A DNA stretch of 64,000 nt from a virus (lineage: Duplodnaviria; Caudoviricetes). Position numbers and translations under genes: made by a program. Shown here in pieces: positions 54,281 to 62,751 of this stretch; within the stretch, counting starts at the first letter, position 1; each line of letters begins with the position of its first letter. Location of the stretch: positions 10,418 through 74,417 of IMG/VR virus record IMGVR_UViG_2832142748_000002. The stretch is one strand, 5' to 3'. The notes under the pieces were generated by a model. The model did no database searches and was not told the origin of the DNA. It was given only the letters and a program-made list of their open reading frames with translations.

Positions 54281-54544
54281 TCAGCCCTGGCGCTCGGGCT
54301 CGTCGCCCCACAGCGCGAGCTGCCCTTCCGGCTCCGTCCGCTTCCGCGTGGCCCGGGGGGCGGGCTCTACCGGGGCTGCCGGGAGCGGCTCTCTCTGTGC
54401 GTAGGCCTGGGCCGCCTTCCGGAGCCGGTCCTGGGCGCGAGAGAACTCCTCCTCGTCCCCGTCGTCCGCCTCCGCGTAGGCCAGCGCCGCAGCCGTCAGC
54501 CTGTCCCAGGGCGTGGCATATGGCTCGCGCAGCGGCTCCGACAT
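54281..54544 (-). CDS. Hypothetical protein
   Basis: MSEPLREPYATPWDRLTAAALAYAEAD...; coding-like composition. Confidence 0.55.
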   Translation of the reverse strand: MSEPLREPYATPWDRLTAAALAYAEADDGDEEEFSRAQDRLRKAAQAYAQREPLPAAPVEPAPRATRKRTEPEGQLALWGDEPERQG

Positions 54545-54897
54545 GGACCGCCCGCGGCGCTGCCGCATGAGGTGCCCGTGACAGCGCCGGTGCCTGGGCG
54601 CCCGGGGCCGGGTGCAGTCGCCTTCGGAGCACTGGTCTGGAGAGCGGCAAGAGGCCATGGACGCCACTACTGTGCCGCACACCCGAGCAGCGCGCACGAG
54701 ATGCGCGCTGCCCAGCGACGTTCAGGTCCGTGGCCAGGTTCTGCATGGCGCCCGCCCAGGCGGCGCAGGAGGAAGAAGCGCAGGAGGGGTAAGGACTACC
54801 CATGTCTGCGGTTATCGGCGCCCCACCTGCGCTGCCATGCTTCCTCGCGTCGTCCGCCTCCCTTCGGCATGGAGTAGACTTGCGTAATGGCCACTAC

Positions 54898-55260
54898 GAG
54901 GGGCTGTCCCTGATTAGCGCAGCCAAAGAAACATGGATGCGACGTGCAGGACGGCGAGGTAGCTGGTCGCCATCTTGTCATAGCGGGTGGCGACAGCACG
55001 AAAGCGCTTGAGGTCATGGAAGAAGCACTCCACCCGATAGCGCAGCCGGTACAGGGTGCGGTCTAACGGCAACGCCCGCTTGCGGCTCGGGTTCGAATGG
55101 ATGACAGGCTTCATCCTGAGCTTTCGAACGTTGGCGCGAATGCGGTCGGCGTCATAGCCGGTATCCGCGATCAAAGCGGCGCCCTCTGCGTGCACCAGAA
55201 GTTCTTCGGCCATTGTGTACTCGTGCTGCTGGCCGCGCGTCAGCGCGACGTGTTGAGGCA
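54898..55260 (-). pseudogene. IS5-family transposase, C-terminal fragment
   Basis: LIADTGYDAD, Y.LRYRVECFFHDLKRFRAVATRYDK (YREK-like motif); N-terminal half missing. Confidence 0.88.
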
Positions 55261-55282
55261 ATTCTGAGATCACCTCTACACC

Positions 55283-56416
55283 TTGAACCAAGCCCCATGG
55301 GCGCGGGGACTGAATATGGTAGTGTGGCGCCGCCATCCTACTCACCGCGAGGCAATTTTGCATTTCACGCCAGCACCTCAAAAGTGGCCGCTCAAAGCCG
55401 CCTTCCTTTTCATCCTCTGCATGCCGGCCATTGCAGTGGCCGCCGGCGCACCCTCTATTGATGGAAAACTGGGAGGAGTGGAATGGACCGACTCGTCGGT
55501 CCAGAAAGCACAGCTTCCATACGGCACTATCAAAGCCTTGTACTCCAATGCCACTCTGTACATCGCCGTAGACATGGTCTTGGATGAGCATGACGATGGC
55601 CTGTTCAATGGCCGCTATCCTCCCAAAGGGGATGGCTTGGACGTCATTTTCGATTCGTCATCCGCAGGCAAGGGAAATATCGATATCCAAGACATTGCCT
55701 TTACCCGCAAAGGAGACATTGGGGCTCCGCATCGATATACGTGTCAAACTTGTCGGACCAAGGACCAGAAAACGCTCGAAACAAAATCCCAGATCGCGAT
55801 GGGTTTTGGAGCATCTCCTGATTCCGCCAATCCACATCTCATCTGGGAGTTGTCGATTCCAATAAGCGAGATTAACGCACGTGAGGGGGAAGCCGTTCGT
55901 CTCTGGTTGAAATTCTGGTCCGAATCTCCTCATATCGATGGTGAATACTTTCCTGAACTGTCGGACGGTGAATCCTCCCCTAGGAAGTTGGAATTCAAGC
56001 TTGAATCGGCTCAAGTGCAGGCCACCGCGCCAGCAATAGCGTCAACTACCCTGGCAGCATCGCAAGGCCGGACGATGGTCGTGCTTGATGATGGAACCAT
56101 TGAAGTCAAGTCTTCTGATGGGATGCGCAGCGTCCTGACCAAGGATGGGCGCTTTCGCCTGCGCCCAGGAGATCAACTGCCCTCCAGTACTCCTGTTGAA
56201 GCCCCGGCGGCCATCCTACCCGTATTTGCTAACGACTCCCCTATGGCTACTTGGCTTGAGTCACACAACACAGGGTTGCTCAAGACGATCAAGCGGCTGC
56301 TCAACGATGATCCCGCGCTCATTTCAAACTACCTCAAGAGCGAGCGCAACATGAGTGTCTTCAATAAAATCGATCGCAGGGCCGACGTAATCAACTTCCT
56401 CAGCACAACTCCATGA
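55283..56416 (+). CDS. Secreted protein with DOMON/CBM9-like N-terminal domain (start uncertain)
   Basis: Signal ...AAFLFILCMPAIAVAAG; PSIDGKL..VEW, LYIAVD, WELSIPISEI; AT-richer DNA. Confidence 0.6.
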   Translation: MNQAPWARGLNMVVWRRHPTHREAILHFTPAPQKWPLKAAFLFILCMPAIAVAAGAPSIDGKLGGVEWTDSSVQKAQLPYGTIKALYSNATLYIAVDMVLDEHDDGLFNGRYPPKGDGLDVIFDSSSAGKGNIDIQDIAFTRKGDIGAPHRYTCQTCRTKDQKTLETKSQIAMGFGASPDSANPHLIWELSIPISEINAREGEAVRLWLKFWSESPHIDGEYFPELSDGESSPRKLEFKLESAQVQATAPAIASTTLAASQGRTMVVLDDGTIEVKSSDGMRSVLTKDGRFRLRPGDQLPSSTPVEAPAAILPVFANDSPMATWLESHNTGLLKTIKRLLNDDPALISNYLKSERNMSVFNKIDRRADVINFLSTTP

Positions 56417-57078
56417 GTCACATCAACTCTAGACCATTTTTCTTGATGCTCCTGGTTTGTCTTGCTGATTCAGCGGCGGCTGGCGGTACAAGCACCTCCG
56501 GAAAATCGCCAGAGGCGCCAGGAGTCGGCGAGCGGCTCGACCAGTTCCTGAAGAATGCAGAGCGACAGCCTGAAGAGGTGGCAGAACAACTATTTGTCCC
56601 ACCACTCCCTGACGCAGCAACAACTGACGAGGGGACCAAAGCCGAATACCAGAAGGCGCTGCGGTCCTATTACGAATATCGCCAATCGGGATATCAACAT
56701 CGAAAGGCAGTGTTTGCCTGGCAGCTTCTCTCCTCGAAAATAATCTTTGCTGTCGTTGTCTTATTGGTGTTGATTGGTGTTTATTTTTCGTGGATTCAGC
56801 TGACTGGACGAACCTACAGACACCCTTCCGCATCGAAACTCCAGAAACTGGGCACCCAACAGGGCAAGCCCGCAAACAACACTCAATCAGTCGAAACTCC
56901 CACAGCAGAAGATAGCGCGCTCAAAGCACCTCCTGATTCGGGCGCAATGAAATTCAAGGCTGCGCTCGATGGAATAGAAGTCTCCTCTCCTGTTCTTGGG
57001 GTAGTTATCCTTGTGATATCCATCGTCTTCTTCTATCTCTATCTAGTGGTTGTATACCCTATTCATGACGCATTCTGA
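56413..57078 (+). CDS. Membrane protein (signal plus two TM helices)
   Basis: ATGA overlap; TMs IIFAVVVLLVLIGVYFSW and VLGVVILVISIVFFYLYLVVVY. Confidence 0.8.
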   Translation: MSHINSRPFFLMLLVCLADSAAAGGTSTSGKSPEAPGVGERLDQFLKNAERQPEEVAEQLFVPPLPDAATTDEGTKAEYQKALRSYYEYRQSGYQHRKAVFAWQLLSSKIIFAVVVLLVLIGVYFSWIQLTGRTYRHPSASKLQKLGTQQGKPANNTQSVETPTAEDSALKAPPDSGAMKFKAALDGIEVSSPVLGVVILVISIVFFYLYLVVVYPIHDAF

Positions 57079-57169
57079 TGCACTGAGTGCGAGTTGCAAA
57101 TCCTGCCGAAAATAGGCATGGACCTGCCCCGGGTGCGTTCGCTCTTGGGCGTGTGCACCATCAGGAGGA

Positions 57170-57360
57170 TGACGTGTGGAAGCGGGTGGCTCCGCTGCTA
57201 CTACGCCACAGGCGCGAGACGCGACGTGGGTGGCTCAGGTGAGATGACCATGCGGTGCTACGCGGCATTGTCTTCGTGTTCAAGACGGGTATCGCCTGGG
57301 AGGACCTGCCGGCGGAGGTGTTCCGCGTCCGCGGCATCACCTGTTACTCGCGCCGGAGCT
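57170..57360 (+). pseudogene. IS5-family transposase, N-terminal fragment with in-frame stop
   Basis: WKRVAPLL...*DDHAVLRGIVFVFKTGIAWEDLPAE. Confidence 0.75.
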
Positions 57361-57542
57361 GCGCAGGCGGCAGCCCCTCCGGCCGGTCCGGACCGAGGCC
57401 TCGCGGATCCGCAGCCTCGTCCTCAGGCAGTGGTGGTTTGCGGCAGCGGGCTATGCCCTTCCACCGTGCCTCAATCTGGGCCCGTCCGCACGGGAGCCGC
57501 TTGGTGGGCACTTCGCCCTCGGACCTCCGTCGCTGGGGAAGT

Positions 57543-57948
57543 ATGGGGATTCCCATGCTTCCCCTCGACCGTCGGCAATACCGACGGTCGCCCCGTTCCT
57601 CGGAAGTGAGAAACGGGGTGTAGCTCAGAAACGAGAAGCGCCGACGAGGCTCAGAAGTGAGCAACGGCCGGGAGGAGGTCACAACGGTTGTGACCCCCTC
57701 CTGGATTTCCCGGAGGCCCCCACCCAGGACAAGGGTCACATCGGATGTGACCCCCACCACTCCGGGAATCTCCGGAGTGGCGTCGCGCGCGGTGGGGGTC
57801 TGTTCCGTTCAGCCCCCCACTCTATGAATCCGCAGAGTGCGTGCCTGGGCGGAGCAGGAGCCGAGGCGAGGGGTCTTCCCGGTCCAGCCCCCCGTTCTGC
57901 GAATTCGCAGAACGGGCCCCCTTAAAACTACCCAGGTCCTGGGTAGTT
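57543..57948. repeat. Dense array of different palindromes and short direct repeats
   Basis: Hairpins at 57566-57590, 57677-57695, 57733-57753, 57757-57780, 57891-57916 (perfect 26 bp) and 57926-57948; CTCRGAARYGAG three times at 57599, 57624, 57650. Confidence 0.85.
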
Positions 57949-57969
57949 AATCTGGCCCGGCGCGGGACG

Positions 57970-58188
57970 TCACAGCCCTAGTTCCGCGCGCCACCCGGGG
58001 ATGAACATGTCCGGCTCCGTGGCCCCAAAACCGCCGCGCTCGGCAAGCCGCTCCAGGGACTGCGCAGTGCCGTAGCGCCGCGAGCACTCGGCGTAGGCGC
58101 GCTCAGCCAGGGCCTACGGGATGGTTCGAGGGATGCCCGCGTCAATGTCCTTCTGGATCACCAGCAATGGGAAGCGGCGCTCATTCAT
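57970..58188 (-). pseudogene. Small phage gene interrupted by one TAG
   Basis: MNERRFPLLVIQKDIDAGIPRTIP*ALAERAYAECSRRYGTAQSLERLAERGGFG...; TAG at 58114-58116, frame intact on both sides. Confidence 0.6.
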
Positions 58189-58202
58189 GGTGCGTGCTCC
58201 TC

Positions 58203-58570
58203 TCAGAAAGCCGGCCACCTGGCCCGCTCCTCGTCCGACACCTCGTCACCGCCCAGGGTCTCCTCCCCTACGTCGTAGAGGGCGCAGGAGTGACAGAGGA
58301 GCGCCCAGCACTTCGTGCACTCCGCCCGGTCGTCTCGCGCGAGGCTCCCGCAGTCCTTGCAACAGTCCGAGTTCGTAGCGGGTCCTTCGGCCGCTTCGTC
58401 CGGCGCGGCGCGCGCTTCACCTCGGGGACCGGCTCCTGTGGCGTGAGACGGTCTGCCCCCCAGGTGGCAAGGGCCTGCCCTGCCGCACTTCCGAGCACGG
58501 CGAGAACCCCTCGAGCAGCCTCCATGGCCAACGTCTTCACCCACGGCTTCATCGAGTCCTCCTGCGCCAT
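58203..58570 (-). CDS. One or two short hypothetical ORFs (frame ambiguous)
   Basis: One frame gives MAQEDSMKPWVKTLAMEAARGVLAVL..., another gives a Cys cluster CCKDC..CTKC..CHSC. Confidence 0.3.
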
Positions 58571-58659
58571 GGGTAGCGCGGAGGGCCCACAAGCACGTCT
58601 AGAATGGAGCAACACAGCCCATTTTTTGGACAGATTCTCCACCATGTTACTGTTTGACA

Positions 58660-59082
58660 ATGGGTGAGCAGGCACATGGACGCGTCAGGGTTTCCGACTT
58701 GTACCGAAACACACTGCAGGCCGTTCTGACGCAGTCGCTAAACTTGGGCGAGCCGCTCTCGGAGAGCGAGATTGAATCCTACATCTCAGGTGATGGCCCT
58801 GAGGAGCATGAATTCAAGGCGGAAGGTGGGGCAACCAACCCCAACCGCCCCAAAAGTTACCACCTTGGGCGCGTGAAATACTTCTCTAATCGGTTCAGAA
58901 GTGGCGCCCCGGTCGAGCCCATCCTCATCACGTTCCTCCCCTTTGTCGGGTGGTGTGTCGGTGATGGAAGTCATCGTCTCTTGGGCGCACACTTCGCTGG
59001 GGTGTCGTGGATCGATGTCATCGTGGCGCCGGAAGCGCAGCACCTACTTCGTCGTCCTAATCCTGAGAGCACTGGCTATTGA
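58660..59082 (+). CDS. ParB/sulfiredoxin-like domain protein (moron)
   Basis: VEPILI...CVGDGSHRLLGAHFAG...IDVIV resembles the ParB-N DGxHR motif. Confidence 0.55.
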   Translation: MGEQAHGRVRVSDLYRNTLQAVLTQSLNLGEPLSESEIESYISGDGPEEHEFKAEGGATNPNRPKSYHLGRVKYFSNRFRSGAPVEPILITFLPFVGWCVGDGSHRLLGAHFAGVSWIDVIVAPEAQHLLRRPNPESTGY

Positions 59083-59527
59083 GCAGAAGGCCGCCGTCGG
59101 AGCCGACTCCGCATCATGTGCAGCGTGTTCATCCGGATGCCCGTCTCCGCATGGACGGCACCGGGCGTCGCGCCCCGGAGTAGTTATCCACGGGCGAGTG
59201 CCGCGAGGCGCCGGGCCTCGCGCGCGTCCCCGCAAGCCCGGCCCGCGCAGGCGCACGTCCTCTTCCGCCTTCCGGCGATTCCGGGGCGCGGGGGCCTCCA
59301 ACAGCAGCAGGAGCTGCTCCGGCTCGCGGCAGGCCATGGCTACTCGCCAGCCGTCTTAGCGCCCTACTGCGGACCCGTCGTCGGCAGGTCCCGGTAGGTG
59401 CTGTCGCAGATCGTCTGGATGGCAGCACAGCGGTAGTAAAGCCGGGCCGGGTGCGTCACGCCGCACCCGGCGGCGAGCTCGACGCCGATACATCCCAGCT
59501 CCTCGTGTAAATCCCCAGGGCGACACG

Positions 59528-60058
59528 TCATGCCTTTTTGCCTCCTGAGGTGAAGGCCGACGTGGCCAGGGCTGCGAGCCCGCGCAGCGGCCGGGACGGG
59601 GCCTTCTTCGGGGCCTTCGGCTTCCGCGCCTTGGGCGCGCGAGGAGCGGCGGCCTCGGTCAGAACCGGAGGTGGAGGTGGGGCCAGCGCGTCCTGGGCGC
59701 GGACGGCCGCGGCGAGTGGATCATCCCCCCAAGAGAGCTCCACCAGGACGGACGGCGCCCCCTGGGCCTGTGCGTACACCCAGCGCACCAAGGGCGAGGC
59801 GTCGTCCAGGCGGAGCTGCCGCGCCACCTCGTCGCGGATGCTCTTCATCGCGATGGGGAGGTTGTCCCCGCTGTCGAGAGCCCGCAGGGACATGCGCGTC
59901 AGGCGCACCACCAGCAGGGCGGGGCCGCTCCAGCCTGGCCAGAGCAGGTGGGTGGCGGCGCGCTGTCCCTTCGCGCGCTTGTGGCGCTGCATGTGGTGCT
60001 CGCGCCGATTGGAGGTGTTCACGGTCTCCACCGGCACCTCGAAGCGGATGCAACTCAC
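59528..60058 (-). CDS. RusA-like Holliday junction resolvase
   Basis: VNTSNRREH, VRLTR...LDSGDNL..AMKSIRD..A..LRLDD. Confidence 0.75.
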   Translation of the reverse strand: MSCIRFEVPVETVNTSNRREHHMQRHKRAKGQRAATHLLWPGWSGPALLVVRLTRMSLRALDSGDNLPIAMKSIRDEVARQLRLDDASPLVRWVYAQAQGAPSVLVELSWGDDPLAAAVRAQDALAPPPPPVLTEAAAPRAPKARKPKAPKKAPSRPLRGLAALATSAFTSGGKKA

Positions 60059-61031
60059 CGATGGTCCTCCTCGGGAGCGGCGCCAGCTGAATCCGCAGCC
60101 ACAGCCGCGCCTTCAGTACTTAGAGCGGGAGGCGGTAGGAGGCGCACTTCCCCTCCGTCCGCAGTTGCCAAGGGCGTTCCCCCTCGTCGAAGCATCCTTG
60201 GCAACGTGGACGGCGTCCCCAATCCTCGCCCCAGGGGCGAAGCTGACGACCCGTGCCCTCTTCTTGAATGACGACGGCACTACATCGCACGTGCATGCAG
60301 TCGTTGGACCATCGAAAGGTTGTCGCAAGCCACTACGCGTGTACGGGCTCGTCCTCCCTCGCCCCTGGGATGAAGCACGTACAACCGGGATTACGGATGT
60401 GGTCGCCCCCTACCCTTGGCTAAGCAGCGATGCGTCTCTCAACTCGCTCGACCGCATAGGCCTGCCATTACACCGAGGCGGCTCGTCGTTCAGGCAACGC
60501 CGCGACTGTTTAAGAGCGAGCAATAAGCCAACCCAGGAGGATGCCACACTGAAGGAGCCGCATCAGAACCAAGCTCCTCCCATTGGGAGCCCCAGGCCAG
60601 AAACAACCCCACAACTTTAGGGCTGGTTTGATGCGACTTCTGCCCTGGAAGTCTATCACGAGGACACGGATGGGTGAATCTAGACCCATCATACCACTAC
60701 CCAATAGATTGTCCTGCTCAGTCCAACCTCATTAGGGAGACTGCACCCACACCCCTAGTGCAAACTGATTTCTTGACGTCCGGATTCTGCGGTCGTATGC
60801 GGGGGAAGGGGGAAGCAGAGGCTGAGAGCGTCAAGGTGCGCGTTTTTGTTGGCGATTTTTATCCAGGCTCGCATCGCCTACCAGCCCTGAAAACTACCCA
60901 GCATGCGTTAGCACTCAGCACCCGTGACTGCTAACGGTGAGCTTGACTGGTCACCGCAGGGAAGATAAATCCCGACGAACTCAACAGGAGGTCTTACATT
61001 AGCTAGAAGCAAAGCGCGCACATGCGCGCAC

Positions 61032-61067
61032 AAAAAAGGCCCCCACGGTTTGCCGACCATGGAGGCC
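61032..61067 (-). terminator. Rho-independent terminator (minus strand)
   Basis: 12-bp stem GGCCTCCATGGT/ACCGTGGGGGCC followed by T6. Confidence 0.8.
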
Positions 61068-61335
61068 CTGAAATCCCCGCTTACTCTGACGAATGGTATC
61101 TGACAGGTTATCGCGGTTGGTCTTGGAACCCTGACCGTGGCGATAGATAGCCCCCTATCCCTAACCCGTCAAGATCACTGTGTCCGTAGACGCGTGGGTC
61201 GGTGTAGGCATTTTCGCCTTTACCACTGAAATCATGTCGTCACAGGGGATTTCCTGTGAGGGCAATGCCACAAGTCTGCCCTGAGCAATCAGGGCACTGT
61301 TGTAAAACCTCTGGGGCGCACGGATGCACTGAAAC

Positions 61336-61596
61336 ATGAATATCGTGATTTCGTATGATTTGGACAGCCATCACACGGCGGTGAAGAATTTGGCATGCGC
61401 CAATGGATTCTCCGACCAGGTTATGACCACTGCTGGCTGGAAGACGCTGCCGAACACCACGTTGATCGGTGACTTCCCCAGCGCGAAGGACGCCGCCGAC
61501 GCGTTCAAGCGCCTCGCCAAGACGGCAGCGCCTTACGTGAAGGTTGAAAAGGTGCTGGCGTGCCCGATGGGCGTCGCATGGGTAACCAACGAGTAG
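61336..61596 (+). CDS. Small Cas2/VapD-like ferredoxin-fold protein (moron)
   Basis: 86 aa starting MNIVISYDL, the first beta-strand/Asp pattern of Cas2/VapD; has its own terminator. Confidence 0.6.
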   Translation: MNIVISYDLDSHHTAVKNLACANGFSDQVMTTAGWKTLPNTTLIGDFPSAKDAADAFKRLAKTAAPYVKVEKVLACPMGVAWVTNE

Positions 61597-61619
61597 TCGC
61601 TCGCGCCCAAACGTAGTGC

Positions 61620-61656
61620 GGGGCCACTCTCGTAGGAGGGTGGCCCCTCTTATTTT
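61620..61656 (+). terminator. Rho-independent terminator
   Basis: GGGGCCACTCTC-gtag-GAGGGTGGCCCC then TCTTATTTT. Confidence 0.75.
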
Positions 61657-61672
61657 GTCGATGCTGACTTTC

Positions 61673-62743
61673 CTACTGCCTGTCGTGGCGACCCCTGCTC
61701 CCCTCCCATAACTCAGAGCCCGCGCGCGAGAGACTGGGCGCCTTGCCACCCACCTGGAGCACGAAGGCAGACTCCCTCAGGCGGCGCTCCAGGCGGCCCG
61801 GTGGCGTGCGCTCCGCGTCTAAGCCTGGGCTGCGGTGACGCGGACAGTGGCGCCATCCCATCTCCGCTTCCACCTCGCACTCCAAGCCGCCCGGCAGTGG
61901 GACGCCGCACAGGGAGGGCTTCCAGCCGTCGAAGCGCGCGAGAAAGTCCTTCCGCCCCAGGTGGGTGGTGAGGACGGTGCGCCGTCGGTCCCGGTAGCGC
62001 GCGTCCAGGACGTCGTGCAGCAGCCCCAGGCCGACGTCACCGAGGCGCTCCGTGCCGACGTCGTCCAGCACCAGCAACTGCGCGCGGCGCACGTCCTCCA
62101 GGCGCTCGCGGCCCGCCTGGCTGAACACGTCCATGGACGCGAACTCCCCCGCCGCGAGGAAGAGGCCGGGCAGCGCCGGCCGCCCGCCCCCGCTGGCGCG
62201 GCCCCAGGGGTACGCGCGCACGAAGGCGGCCAGGGCTACCACCGCCGCCTGCGTCTTGCCGGTGTCGGGCGGCCCCATGAGCAGAAGCCACGGGTGCGGC
62301 ATGGTGCCCTGCCGGACCTCCAGGTGGTGCTCGTCCGGGGGCAGCGTCGGGCGGGGCTGGGCCAGCCATGCGCGTACCGCGCGCAGCGTGTCGCGCGTCT
62401 CGTCCAGCGTGTGCAGGCCCTGGACATGTCGGATGCCCACACCCATGCGCGCCAGGTGCGCCGGTACATCCACGCGGGCCTGCGCCTCACCCTCTTCGCG
62501 GGAGCGCCGCAGCTGGCACTCGTACTCGGCCACCTCGCGCAGCCGCCACATGTCCCACCACGTGTGGGCATGCTCCACGCCCGGTCGCGCGCCGGGACAG
62601 TCCGGCGGGCAGAGGATGAGGGCGCGGCCTTCCGCGGCGAGCTGCCGGGACTCGTCGCGGTGGGCGCGCGCGAGGGCGCGGACGCGCTCCCGCAGGCTGA
62701 CGTGCATCGGGGCTTCGGACTCGGGCGTGTTGCAGGTGGACAT
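61673..62743 (-). CDS. DnaC/IstB-like AAA+ helicase loader
   Basis: GPPDTGKT Walker A, LLVLDDVG Walker B, TVLTTHL; downstream of the initiator. Confidence 0.88.
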   Translation of the reverse strand: MSTCNTPESEAPMHVSLRERVRALARAHRDESRQLAAEGRALILCPPDCPGARPGVEHAHTWWDMWRLREVAEYECQLRRSREEGEAQARVDVPAHLARMGVGIRHVQGLHTLDETRDTLRAVRAWLAQPRPTLPPDEHHLEVRQGTMPHPWLLLMGPPDTGKTQAAVVALAAFVRAYPWGRASGGGRPALPGLFLAAGEFASMDVFSQAGRERLEDVRRAQLLVLDDVGTERLGDVGLGLLHDVLDARYRDRRRTVLTTHLGRKDFLARFDGWKPSLCGVPLPGGLECEVEAEMGWRHCPRHRSPGLDAERTPPGRLERRLRESAFVLQVGGKAPSLSRAGSELWEGSRGRHDRQ

Positions 62744-62751
62744 GGTGAACC

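Noticed and set aside
54914-55591. Full 225-aa ORF as an intact transposase
   Set aside because: Only the last ~115 residues are IS5-like; the upstream part is antisense to the 55283 gene.
57590-57790. CRISPR array
   Set aside because: Repeats are 12 bp or heterogeneous palindromes without constant repeat and unique spacers; no cas operon.
59044-59530. Short ORFs downstream of the RusA-like gene
   Set aside because: Several frames with internal stops; I could not pick a supported CDS.
59538-60620. 360-aa + strand ORF
   Set aside because: The first half is antisense to the RusA-like gene; the rest has no motif, RBS or compositional support.
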